Source: Octopus vulgaris
Taxonomy: Eukaryota
Assembly: GCA_951406725.2 (NCBI GenBank)
Contig: OX597820.1
Coordinates: forward strand, 111,662,001 to 111,726,000
Direction of reading: 5' to 3'
Length of the DNA stretch: 64,000 nt
Shown: piece by piece, positions 40,193-54,677 of the stretch
Position numbering within the stretch: the first letter of the stretch is position 1
How the letters are laid out: each line of letters opens with the position of its first letter
Program-made: the position numbers and the translations under genes
Notes under the pieces: generated by a model
Databases searched by the model: none
What the model was told of the DNA's origin: nothing
What the model saw: only the letters and a program-made list of their open reading frames with translations

Positions 40193-40680
40193 CCCTTTTT
40201 ACTAAAAGTACAAATTTTGTGGGAGGGGCTAGTCAATTATATCAACCCCAGTATGCAATTGGTACTTAATTTATTGAGCCTTTCAGGGTCAATAAAGTTG
40301 ACCCTAGCAGAATTTGAACTCAGCATGTAAAGACAGACGAAATGTCACTAAGCACTTTGCCCAGCATGCTAATGATTCTGCCAGCTCACCGCTTTACAAT
40401 AATAATCTTTGAACATAAGCACAAAGCAAATTCTAGTAGGTGTAAAGACAGTTTGACAGCAGTATATGACCACTTCTTACATTATAAACACATGAAGGAC
40501 AAAAAGCAAAGATGACTCACTAGTATCTGAACTAAAGGTTTTAACTCAATACCAGAAGGAATTTTACCTGAAGTGATAGGATCATATACCAGCTCATCTG
40601 GTAGAAATTATTTCTCATTTAGGAACCATGAAAAAGTTTAGTCGATTACAATGACTGCAGTACTTGAATTGTACTTGATC
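37780..40680 (-). mobile_element. Cluster of ~10-12 same-orientation MetaSINE-type copies separated by (AAT)n
   Basis: Recurrent ggcacaaggcctgaaattt..ggggag..gattacat..cccag..ggtacttattttat..gaatttgaactcagaa..aattctgccagcttgccaccttaataataat. Confidence 0.85.
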
Positions 40681-40741
40681 AAATGTCTTCTATTTGCCAA
40701 CCAAATGAATTTGGTGGATGGAAACTGAAAGCCCATCATGT

Positions 40742-42320
40742 ATCACCATCATCATTTAATGTTCCTTTTTCCATGCTGGCATGGTTTCTACAGCTGGATG
40801 CCACAAACCACTTAACAGAATGTATTGGGTGCTTTTATGTGGCACCAGCCTTAGTGAGGTCACCAAGGACCCACAAGATAAGACCCCTCAATTGAGTAGG
40901 GTATAGACTGGAGACAAAAACTATAATAGACTGAGAGAGGAGCAGGTATCTTGCTGAAGAGGTGAATACATGGCTTGCCCACCTGGAAAGTGAGGAGAAA
41001 AAGAGAGAGGAAGAAAGAGATGTGAGGTCCAGGTACAACATGAATATGAGAAAGAATAGGAAGCGCACTGGGTATAAATAGTGTGACAGATGAGATAGGG
41101 AATGAATTGGATGCAGATGATATCAGTGAAGGAAATAAAAGATGAGTTGTGGAGGAAGGCTTGACAGGGCTTCAATTCTACTGAGATTGGCATTATGCTG
41201 TGCTTGAGAAGACCTGCCTTTCATCTCAGTTCCCTGTCATCTCCTCTAAGAGGTTCCACATCTTGAGATCAGTCTACCTCTTCCGCATGCTCCTTCTATG
41301 TTTAGCAATCGACAGCTATCTTCATCCATTCACAACACATGACCATACCAGCACAATCTTCTCTCCTCCATACCAATTCTGATTCCTCCCATGCCCTGCT
41401 TTGTTGTACATGCACACTGACATTGCACATCCATTGGAGCACACCTGTTTAATTTCTTTCAAGTCTCCACATGTCCTCTGCATTCACAGCCCAAGTTTCA
41501 GTCCTATAGTATTGTTGTTCATACAGAAGCATCATACAATCTGCCTTTCTTTCTGAAAGAGAGGTCTTTTGTCACTAACAGATGTGCAAGTTCTCTGAAC
41601 TTTCTCCAGCCAATTTGCATTCTAGCACAATACTTTCAGAGTATCTTCTTTCATTGTTAATTACATCACTTAGATAACAGAAACTATCTACTACTTCTAG
41701 GGAGCCTCCTGGGTATTTCAGAACATCTATTTCCAGTGAGCTCTTATCATTTGTTGCTCCTGCATATCTGTCACAAACAAATTCTTTCTCTGATAACCTT
41801 CCTTTGATTCCACAGCACCACTTAAGTGTCAATAGTTTGCACTGAGCACACTGTATGGAATTTCTACCTACACCTGTCTACATATGGAACAGGGCCATTT
41901 ACCTGAAGAGATTAGTGTTCATTCAATTTTCCTGCTAATTAGACCTTTAGTTTTTGTTAAGTTAACCTTAAGACTCTTTGATTCTGGGTTTTGCTTCCAT
42001 ATATGGAATTTTAATTCTTCTACACTTGCAGCTATAATAACAAGGTCATTAGCATAGAGGAGTTTCTATGAGCTACTGGTCTTAAGTTCCTCCAATATGG
42101 CTTTGAGGACTATGATAATAAAATGGGGCTGATAATTGAACCCTGATGAACTACCTGCACACTGAATTGTTAACTCTCACTTTGCTAAAGACATCCCAGT
42201 ACATGGCTTGAATGGCTCTCACTAGCCATTCAGCTACTCCTAGCTTTTACAGTGACCACCAGATGAGGGACCAAGGCATCTTGTCAAATGCTTTCTCAAG
42301 GTCAATGAATGCTAAGTACA
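40742..42320 (-). mobile_element. Older decayed RTE LINE
   Basis: LAFIDLEKAFDK, LLYANDL, PHD-like region, SLEVVDSFCYL and a tail fragment. Confidence 0.85.
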
Positions 42321-42897
42321 TGATATGAAGTTCAACAAATAGAGCACTCAGTGTGTTTATATGAAAGTGATGTAATGATGTACCTAAGAAGATTACAACT
42401 GAGATATAACAAGTCTCTTTCCAGCCACCAAAAGTAATGTGTCAACAAGTTCAACCAGTCTACAAACAGCATGGAAAGTCAACACTGATAGTCATTTTCT
42501 TAATTCAGATTTCATCTGGTTTATGTAATATCAAGTATAACATGTTATAGTTTAATAAGGTTTCACCCTTTCTCTCTCCACACACACACAGTATGTCTTG
42601 TAACTTAGTGGCCTGATAAAAATAAGTACCAAACTGAAATAAGTACAGGGGCCAATGTGACCAACTAGTGAATAATAAAAGGTTAAACTGATAAGATTAT
42701 ATTCGTGCATGCGTGTGTCTGTGTGTGCACACATGCATACACATTTATATGTAGAAGAGAGAAAAAAAACCAAAGAAAAACATGTGAACAAACAAGTGCA
42801 AGTTGAGAGAATACAAAAAGGGAAAAACAAACTATGTTAAGTAATTGTTGTAATTAGTAAAGAAACAAAAACTGACTAGCAATCCTTCTAAACTTAC

Positions 42898-42915
42898 CTG
42901 GCCCTCTGTTACATC
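42898..42915 (-). CDS. SMG1: Candidate alternative 18-nt SMG1 microexon (DVTEGQ)
   Basis: tttttcctattctattcag|GATGTAACAGAGGGCCAG|gtaagt. Phase 0/0, stop-free, between two phase-0 exon ends. No homology support. Confidence 0.45.
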
Positions 42916-43015
42916 CTGAATAGAATAGGAAAAATATATGCTGATGGGCAAAACTATGGTAAAGTATTTCAGAAAAGAAAGGAGGGATTTTTCAATAAAA
43001 AAAAAATAAAAAAAA

Positions 43016-43063
<48 letters not shown>

Positions 43064-44413
43064 TCTTTTTCACACATGTATGTGTGAAGGACTGGATATG
43101 TGAAAATTCTGAAATCCACAAGAAAAAAAAATGCAAATTGGATATCAGTTTTCCATTACCTGAGAATGGGGCTTTATGCTGTTAAAGCTGGGCAATTCCA
43201 GTCAGTTTATGCTAGACCAGACAATAACTCATGTCCATCATCTCAGATATACTTCAATCAATCTAAGGACAAAACACTGAAGACTGTTGTATAATGGTCA
43301 GTAGGGTTTGGTGTAGTGGTATAGCATGACAGTGAATATTTGTTGCATTTTTGGATATAGAGCTCTTTCAGGAGACTATAGTAGAAGCAGACATGGTGTA
43401 CTTAGCCAATGCATATCAGTCTCAATTGTACAAATATTTCTGAGTGGTTGACAAGTTGGACTAATAAAACATACTACTTAGGTAAATTGGCTGTGCATGT
43501 GTAATTTGAGTTAATCCAACTCAGAAGGGACAATTTAAGATGAGACATGACTTTCGAATAGCATAATATATTTTGCTGTGTTGGCTTGAACTAGTGTCTA
43601 TTTCATCTTCATCATTGCTTTAGCATTCACTTTTCCATGCTTACATGGGTTAGACAGCTTATAGAGATAGATTTTCTACAGCCGGATATCTTTCCTGTTA
43701 TCAATTCTAACCAGTTTCCAAGCAAGGTAAATATTTCTCTTGGCCAGTTATGTTTTTGCAGAACATTGGAAATGGCTGACAAACAATATCAAGTGGACAG
43801 ACACACACAATGATGGACATCTTTCAGTTACCATCTAACAAATCCACTCACAAGCCTGGAACTATAGCAGAAGACACTTGCCGAAGGTGACACACAGCAC
43901 TCCCTGTGCTTCAGGTTTGAAACAAGTTTGCAACCTTATACAAACAATATGCAAGCAGTTAGAAAACATCTTGTCTGACTAAAGTGTATGGTTTTTACAT
44001 TCAAATGTCATGCATAATTGCACAATAAATTGCTGAGATCATAAATGGACATTTAAATTTTAGCTCAGGTGTTCAATTAAGACAAGGGGAAAATGATTGT
44101 ACAAATAAATATTACTGTTATGGTTGGGGAAGAGAAACTAAAATTTACCTCCCACCCATCACTATGCAAATGCAGACATCCATCATCTACGTAAAAAAGC
44201 TAAACTCCAAAGAGAGATCTCTACATTGACACTCAACCAATTAAAACTAACAAAATCTATCTCAAATCACAGCCTACTGATTTAAAAGGAAGAGGACATA
44301 AGATAGAAGTTAAAAAAAAAGTGGAATCTTTGATCATAGTGTTGTTCAATAAGAGGAATTCTTAGGGGCTAAACAATAAACAAATTAATAAATAAAACAA
44401 TATCTAAACTTAC

Positions 44414-44550
44414 TTTTACTCCATCAGTTGAATGTAAATGATCTTTCAGCTGTTTGGCAGCATTGAGACGCCGGTCTCTATCACTCTCCTTGAGCAGACG
44501 TCGCATCAACCGGGAGAGTCGAGAGTCATCAGTAAAACTTTTCGAAGGGT
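44414..44550 (-). CDS. SMG1: SMG1 coding exon (first visible; begins phase 1, ends phase 0)
   Basis: ttttag|AC CCT TCG...GTA AAA|gtaagt. Encodes PSKSFTDDSRLSRLMRRLLKESDRDRRLNAAKQLKDHLHSTDGVK, matching recalled human SMG1 DESRLSNLLRRITREDDRDRRLATVKQLKEF. Confidence 0.93.
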
Positions 44551-44738
44551 CTAAAATATTAAGGGATAAGAGTGTAAACAATGAGAAAACATTCCAACTT
44601 TTAATATTTTAAGAAGAGCAGAGAAATATATGTGTAATATTCTTTCAACTAAAGAATAACAGTTATCTGTAAACAGAGTTTATTTGGCTGTTTTAATTAG
44701 TCAAATTATGCTAAAACTAGCTCTGATAACTACATTCG

Positions 44739-44943
44739 CCCTTTAGCTTTCAAACTGGCCGAATCCAGTCAAAATATTCTACTTGTTTTATGTTCAAAGT
44801 GACCAAATCTACCCTACAATGTCAGTATAAGAATAAAACAGTCACATCACTGAAATCTTAAAACTGAGATAATGCATAATTAATTCAAAACAATATGAGT
44901 AAATAACTATTACATTTATCAGAGTAATCTGAATGCTTAAGGG
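44739..44943. mobile_element. piggyBac-like MITE
   Basis: Ends CCCTTTAGCTTTCA ... TGAATGCTTAAGGG|TTAA (inverted termini, TTAA on the right). Confidence 0.65.
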
Positions 44944-45471
44944 TTAACAACAGCAAAGTGATATTGGCTGATTAGATAAGGTACTGAGTTACCAACTCCC
45001 AGTTTGTGGTTTCAAAGCTATCACAAATCTTTTGTTGTTTCTCAGCAAGACACTTTATTTTATAATTCAACATGTTTTGGGTCAGTTGGATGTTGGGAAA
45101 TAGGTATCCAGACATCTGGGAATGTAATTAGAATCATTGACCCTATTCTCTCTTTATCCACCTTCTTGTACCTTGAGGATATGCCCGGATGACTCATCTC
45201 CACCATCATGTTCTCCAAATCCTGCAGGGGTAGCCATGTATCTTGCCTTCAACAAGATACTTGCTCCTACCCACCTACCATACTTTATCATCTTAATACC
45301 TGGCACAAAGTTACCTCCCACAAAATATATATATATATACATAAACTTACAAAGTAGACATAAAAAGATGATAAATTTAACTACTACTCCATCAATTGAA
45401 AAAGTAAAGAACAGCCTCATTGGGGTCTCACCACTTGACATAATCCATAGAAATAAGCAGCCAGTCTGTTT

Positions 45472-46631
45472 ATCATCATCATCGTTTAGCGTCCGCTTTC
45501 CATGCTAGCATGGGTTGGACGGTTCAACTGGGATCTGGGAAGCCAGAAGGCTGCACCAGGCCCAGTCTGATCTGGCAATGTTTCTACAGCTGGATGCCCT
45601 TCCTAATGCCAACCACTAGTAGTGGGTGCCTTTTACGTGCCACCGGCACGAGGCCAGTCAGGGCGGCGCTGGCAACGTCCACATTCGGATGGTTCTCTTT
45701 TCGTGCCACCGGCACTGGTATCACAGCTGCAATTTCCATTGATGTTGATCGATTTCGATTCTCACTTGCCTCAACAGGTCTTCACAAGTAGAGTTTTGTG
45801 TCCCCAGAAGGAAAGGTATGCATAAGTGGACTGGCACATCCCGGGTTATGGTCTCACTTGTCTTGCCGGGTCTTCTCAAGCACAGCACACTTCCAACGGT
45901 CTCGGTCTCTAGTCATTTCCTCAGTGAGACCTAAAGTTCGATGGTTGTGCTTCACCACCTCGTCCCAGGTTCCCTCGACTGCTAGGGTGTGGCACTTTTT
46001 CACACAACTATCTTCATCCATTCTCGCCACATGACCATACCAGCGCAAACATCTCTCTTGCACACCACAACTGATGCTTCTTAGGTCCAGCTTTTCTCTC
46101 AAGGTACTTACACTCTGTCGAGTATGAACACTGACACTACACATCCATCGGAGCATACTGGCTTCATTTCTTGCGAGCTTACGCATATCCTCAGCAGTCA
46201 CGGCCCATGTTTCACTGCCATGTAGCATGGCTGTTCGTACACACGCGTCATACAGTCTGCCTTTTACTCTGAGCGAGAGGCCTTTTGTCACCAGCAGAGG
46301 TAAGAGCTCTCAGAACTTTGCTCAAGCTATTCTTACTCTAGCAGCTACACTTTCAGCACACCCGCCCCGCTACTGACTTGGTCACCTAGGTAACGGAAGC
46401 TATCAACTATTTCTAGTTTTTCTCCCTGGAATGTGGCAGAAGCTGGTCTCAGAGCATTTTCAGTGTTTATTGCTCCTGAGAATCTGCCACATACAAAAAC
46501 TATCTTTCTAGTTAGCCTTCCTTTGACATTGCTGCACCTCTTATGTGTCCATAGCTTACACTTGGTGCATCTTATAGAGTTTCTACCTACACCTTTTCTA
46601 CAGATCGAGCAGGGCCTTCTACCTGAAGGCG
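45472..46631 (-). mobile_element. Young 5'-truncated RTE LINE
   Basis: PCSICRKGVGRNSIRCTKCKLWTHKRC, KGRLYDACVRTAMLHGSETW; 3' tail nearly identical to the 8591-10920 copy. Confidence 0.95.
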
Positions 46632-47257
46632 TATACATAACAAATCTAGTAGCTTCTGAGAACTGGAATTATTAATTCGCAAACTATAAGTGTTTAACAC
46701 TTTATTATTGGCTTGTCAACAGGGATTCCAGTCCACAAAATATCAAGATATGATAAATGTGCCTGTATATATATGTGTGTGTGGGTGTAATATATATATA
46801 TACATACATATACACACACACACACATATGATCTTTCTGTCTTGGTCTGACTGCCAACACCTCGTGTCCATCTCCCATGTTCCTTCATACACGCCAGCTC
46901 AATTTGATTCGTTCTCAGTTGAAAGACGCTTGTTGTTATATTCTTATTGTTTGTATTTGTAATTATGTACCATGTTCTCTGTTTTTTGGGCTTTGTTACC
47001 GTACACATTCGCTAACTTTCTTACAAAGGGGTCTAATGCTCTTAGACTATTTTGGGGGCAACCAGATCGAACCATTTCAAGTGTAACTGCCCGAAATGGT
47101 CATGACTCATGGGATTTGACTGATGAAAGAAAGCCAAGAATGACCCGTCTTTTTTTCCTGTCCTTCTAACTGTTGTTTTTCTTGTCCGCCTATGTATCAT
47201 CTATCTGTCCAAACGTTTTAAAGCCCTCTATTGCGTTTTTGTTCCATTTATATATAT

Positions 47258-49545
47258 ATCATCATCATCATCATTTAACATCTGCTTTCCATGTTGGCAT
47301 GGGTTAGTTTGGCTGAAACTAGCGAGCTGGAGAGTTGTACCAAGATCCAGTCTGATTTCAGCTTGATTTCTATCGCTGGATGCCCTTCCTAATGCTTTTA
47401 CATGTCACTGGATATGTGCCGTTACATTTCACCAGTACCAGCCACAACTATGATTTCACTTGCCTGACGAATCTTAGGAACAGCAAATCACCAAAGGTCA
47501 TGATCACTTGTCATCGCCTCTGTGAGACCCTACATGCGAAGATCATGTTTCACTACTTTGTCCCATGTCTGCCAGGGTCTACTTCTTACACAGATTCACC
47601 CACAGTTAGAGATTGGTACATTTTTATGCAGCTGTTCTCAAGCTTAAATTGCATGACAGATATTCATTATTTAGAACTGCATATGTATATCCATACATGC
47701 ATTGGATCCTTTCTTATGAAATACAGGTTTGTGTGTTACACAGAGTATATGTAGAAAACAAAACAAAAAACAGACATTGTTTATAAAACATTAAGCTATC
47801 ATAAGGTGTTCAAGGGAAAGGAGTATTCAGAGGAAAATGAAGTGGTAAGGGATAATATTGTAAATGTGACAAAAGAGGTTCCAAGGAGAGGGATTACTGA
47901 CTGTACAGATGGGGTTCATATAATTACATCACCTGAGTGAATAGCCCTGTGGCTAAGAGTGATGAAGGGATGGGTTTTAAGAAAATGAGTCATAGGGGAA
48001 ATACTCAACAATTACAGATTAGATGTTGGAGCACAGATATAAATGATATACTTTTTGGATCTCATTTTTGCTGAGACGGATGAATCTTCTTGAGCACAGT
48101 ATATTGCCAATCATCTTGGACCTTTATCTCTTCTATGAGGGTCAATATCCTGAGATCAGTCTTTATGGGTCTCTCTCTTCCACAGCTTTCATCCAGATTT
48201 AGCAATCAGTACTTCTTTATACAACTGCCCTCAATCATCTGCATCACAAAACCATACCAGTAAAGTCTATTCTCTTGCATGCTACATCTGATTCTTTTTA
48301 TGCCTAATTTCTCTCAACATACATTTTGTTGTACATGCACATTAACATTGCACATCCAGCAGAGCATGCTAGTTTCATTTCTTTCTAGTTTTCACATGTC
48401 ATTTGTGCTCACAGCCTACATTTCACTACTATGAAGCATTGTTAATTACTTCTGAAATTGCCTTATTAAAAAGAGAAAGTCAGCAGTACTTCTCCCAGGC
48501 ACAAAATCTTCATTAATATAATAGATCAATAACTCTTGCTTAACTTTCATGACCTGATCCAGCAATTTGTTACCGCTGTAATTACTTCCCTCTAAGACAC
48601 CAGTTTGTTATAATACCACCACACCAATTATTGAGCATGATACCTTTCTGTACAACCTGATTAACTACACAGGTAATTAGGCTGTATACCATTCCGCTGG
48701 ATATTTTAGACATCTCAGCAGTAATTTCTGATGACCCAATGGTTAACCCTGTATTTATATCTTAATTGATTTATCTAACATACTCCTATCAATGAGAATG
48801 ACTGGTCCCTCTGGCAGATTCACAATAAAAAAAAAACCCTCTCCTATACATTCTCCACAGCTAGTAGCCTTTTATGCCATTCTTTCAAGAATCCCTAAGT
48901 GCAAGCATACCATTATCCATCTGTACACATTTCTCTCCAACATCTCGGTTTTCTTTGATACACTATCTTACAATCCAGAATACCTCAAGCCTATGGTCCT
49001 CACACTACAGAACATTGCAAAGTCTCTTCACTTTGCTGCTTCTTTTGCTAAATAAACAAGTCACCTAGCTTCTCTTCTATTTACCTGGTATATTTCTCTG
49101 CTACTCCCAGTCTTCCAATCCTACAAAGCTCATCTCTTTGCTTTTATGTCTCTGTTTACTTTGCTGTTCCACCACCACCACCACATCACCTTTGGTCTGA
49201 CTGGAGGTTTGTAACAGCTACAGTAGGTTGTCTTGTAAAAACTTCAGTTATCCTCTAAGTTGTATACCTCAATTAGTACTAAATATCTGTTCAATGGATC
49301 TTTAAACATCTTATCTTCCTTTTTCAGATTGGTTTGTCTCTCTGAATCCTTTTTGCTCTAAGTCTAACATCATTAACCACTAACCTATACTGGCTTGTTC
49401 ATTCTTCACAGGAGAAGACTGCATTTACAAACATCTGTCTAACCTGTTTTCAGGTGAGAATGTAGACAAACTGGTTGCTTGAAGTTGGTGAAGTCAATCA
49501 ACATGTCATTTGCATTATAGAACTCTGACACCTTTGTTCCCTCCT
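47258..49545 (-). mobile_element. Two decayed RTE LINE fragments (~47258-47640 and ~48080-49545)
   Basis: Tail (ATC)n plus gctggatgcccttcctaatg; RT/APE remnants (NYSGNKLLDQVMKV, RPKVMWWWWNS). Confidence 0.75.
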
Positions 49546-49557
49546 CACACACACAAC

Positions 49558-49593
<36 letters not shown>

Positions 49594-49600
49594 ACATACA

Positions 49601-49785
49601 TATCTTTTATTTGTTTCAGTTATTGGACTGCAGCCACGCTGGGGTACAGCCTTGAAGGGTTGAGACAAACAGTTCAACTCTAGTACTTGTTTCTTAAAGA
49701 TGGGTATTTATATTATTAGTCTCTTTTCCTGAACTGTTAAGGATGTAAACAAACCAAAATCAGTTGTCAAGTTGTGGTAAGGGAG
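49601..49785 (-). mobile_element. SINE carrying a CR1-type 3' tail
   Basis: Minus-strand end aaggctgtaccccagcgtggctgcagtccaataactgaaacaaataaaaga matches the tails of the LINEs at 53301 and 54678. Confidence 0.7.
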
Positions 49786-49989
49786 AAACACACACATGAA
49801 AATATTTCACTGGCTTCACCAGACACACACGTATGAACAATGCATCCCAAAAGTCACTGATGAGTTTCAATTTTTAATAACTTACTTAAATAAATGCATG
49901 AAATGTTGATACAATATGAAGGACAAAATGGAAATTAAAATGCACAATGGGGGAGAAAACAGTATATATGTTATGTGTTGGTATATATA

Positions 49990-51319
49990 AGGGCTGTACA
50001 GGCCCTATACAGAGAGGCCATTAGTAAGGTTAGGATTAGTAACGGGTATAGGGAGTAATTCCGGGTAGAAGTAGGGGCCCACCAAGATTTAGTCCTCAGT
50101 CCCCTTATATTCATCATAGTCCTCCAGGAAATTTCAGAGGAATTTAAGACGGGTTGCCCCTGGGAGCTCCTCTTTGCTGATGACCTGGCCTTCATAGCAG
50201 AATCACTACAGGAACTAGAAAAGAAATTTCGGGTGTGGAAGCTAGGTTTAGAATTAGAAGGCCTTAGAGTGAATGTAGCAAAGACCAAAGTTATAGTAAG
50301 TAGGAAGGCAAACTCATCACCCCCACCCGCATGTATTCTGCACGATCTGTAGAAAAGGTGTAGGTAGAAACTCCATAAGATGTACCCAGTGTAAGCTATG
50401 GATGCATAAGAGGTACAGCAACATCAAAAGAAAATTAACCGAGAAGACGGCTTTCATGTGCGGCAGATGCACAGGAGCAATAGATACTCAGAAAACAGAT
50501 TCCATCACACTCCAGGGAAAGAAACTAGAAACAGTTGATAGTTTCCGCTACCTAGGTGACCAAGTTAGTAGTGGAGGTGGATGCGCAGGGAGTGTCACCT
50601 CTAGAATAAGAATAGTCTGTGCAAAGTTTAGAGAGCTTCTACCCTTACTTGTGACAAAGGGTCTCTCGCTCAGAGTGAAAGGTAGATTGTATGACGCATG
50701 TGTGCAAACTGCCATGCTTCACGGTAGTGAAACATGGGCTATGACTGCAGAGGACATGCGTAGGCTTGAAAGAAATGAAGCTAGCATGATCTGTTGGATG
50801 TGTAATGTCAGTGTGCACACACAACAGAGTATAAGTGCCTTGAGAGAAATGCTGGACATAAGAAGCATTGGATGTGGCGTGCAAGAGAGACATTTGCGTT
50901 GGTATGGTCATGTACTACAGATGGATGAGGAGAGATGTGTGAAGAAGTGCCACTCCCAAACAGTTGAAGGAATCCGGGGTAGAGGTAGACCTAGGAAGAC
51001 ATGGGATGAGGTGGTCAAGCATATCTCTGGAGATATGCAGTGACTTGTAGTTGTGATACCTGTGCTGGTGGCAGGTAAAAAGTACCATCTGAACGTGGCT
51101 GATGCATGAAGCGAGATGTGTGAAGAAGTGCCACTCCCAAACAGGATGGCGTTAGGAAGGCAGGCATCCAGCTGTAGAAACACTGCCAGATCTGTAGAAA
51201 CACTGCCAGATCTGCCAGATTCAGACTGGAGCCTGGAGCGGCCCCTGGCTTCCCAGACCCGGTCAAACCGTCCAACCCGTGCTAGCGCGGAAAGCGGACG
51301 TTAAACGATGATGATGATG
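49990..51319 (+). mobile_element. 5'-truncated RTE LINE
   Basis: LLFADDL, PHD insert, ORF 50402-51043, tail gttaggaaggcaggcatccagctgtagaaac...aaacgatgatgatgat. Confidence 0.93.
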
Positions 51320-53300
<1,981 letters not shown>

Positions 53301-54577
53301 ACTCTTTTACTCTTTTACTTGTTTCAGCCATCCGGCTGAGGCCATGCTTCAGGGCACCGCCCTTGTTGCTACCCTCTCTAAGTCCAGTTTGCCGTGGCTG
53401 GCCACTGATCTAAGAGAGAGTTTGTAGCTGCTGCCCTTAGGTTACCTTCGTACCTTGCAGTGGGTTCATCTGGTATCCCGGAAAGCAGCTTGTCTAGATG
53501 TTCTTTGAAAATGTCCACATCCGCATCATGTAGATCTCTTAGTTTTCTTGGCAGTTTGTTGAAAAGCTGAGGGCCCCTGAACCCCAGGCTATTACAGTAT
53601 CTGCTCCTTACCCTGGATGTGGAAGACGGGACCTTTGGCACCACACAGTGGCGTCCTGTATGGGGATTGGAACAGCTCTCAATTCCAAAATTTGGTGCTA
53701 GTCCCTCCAGGATTTTCCATATGTATATCACTGCATATCTCTCTCGTCTTCGTTCCAAGGAGTACAAATTGAGTTCCCTAAGCCTCTCCCAATAGTTCTT
53801 TTCTTTCATGGTGGAAATCCTCTTGGTGAAATGTCTTTGGATTGTCTCAAGCTCTGTGGTTAGTTTGACACTATGCGGTGACCACAGTTGGGAGCAGTAG
53901 TCCAGGCGGCTTAGGACAAATGTCCTCCATAGTGTCAACATGGTCTCGCAGTCTCTTGTCCGGAATGTCCTCAGGATCCAGCCAGTGAGTCGTCTGCACA
54001 TTGTCGCCACCTTCGCGATGTGTGAAGAAAAAGATGCATCGTCACTCATGTCTATCCCCAGGTCCCGTATTGATTTCGATACTGGGATTTCGATCCCTCC
54101 TGGACCAGTATAGTTGTGTTGTAATGTATATGTGTTTACAGCTTGATATTGTAAGGCTTGAAATTTGCCAGCATTAAATTGCATGTTGTTGTCTTCAGCC
54201 CATTTGTATATGGCATCCAGATCTTGTTGTAAAAGGTCAGCATCAGCTGGGTTTTTGATTGCCTGTGCTACCTTTGTGTCATCAGCATAGCTAGTGAGGG
54301 ATGTTGTTTGTGCTACCAAGGGCATGTCAGAGAGCGCCACCAAAAACAGCAAGGGTCCCAAGACTGTGCCCTATGGCACCCCGCTTGCTATTGGTGTCTT
54401 TCCCGAGAGGGCTCCATTGGCTGCAACCATCTGGCTTCTGTCCTTCAGGAAGTCATGTATCCACTCACCTACTTTTCCTGTTATGCCGAGTCTGAGTAAT
54501 TTGTGACATATCGCTCCGTGGTCGACTTTGTCAAAGGCCTTCGCAAAGTCGAGATATACCACATCCACCTGTGAGCT
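53301..54577 (-). mobile_element. CR1-group LINE 3' part (RT), cut by the assembly gap
   Basis: DVVYLDFAKAFDKVDH, SGVP*GTVLGPLLF, YADDTK, LDYCSQLWSP, LYSLERRRER. Tail ...gctgaaacaagtaaaagagtaaaagag. Confidence 0.93.
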
Positions 54578-54677
54578 NNNNNNNNNNNNNNNNNNNNNNN
54601 NNNNNNNNNNNNNNNNNNNNNNNNNNNNNNNNNNNNNNNNNNNNNNNNNNNNNNNNNNNNNNNNNNNNNNNNNNNNN
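54578..54677. other. Assembly gap (100 N)
   Basis: Run of N of round length, typical of a scaffold join of unknown size. Confidence 0.97.

Noticed and set aside
45154-45441. Possible SMG1 first exon (MATPAGFGEHDGGDESSGHILK)
   Set aside because: Overlaps gagcaagtatcttg..gaag..atacatggct, a repeat also seen at ~40940-40975 and ~13615-13720; no SMG1 similarity and no clear phase-1 donor.
47040-47145. GAAA and CTGATGA motifs suggesting a hammerhead
   Set aside because: I could not form the three stems in any topology; probably a decayed repeat.
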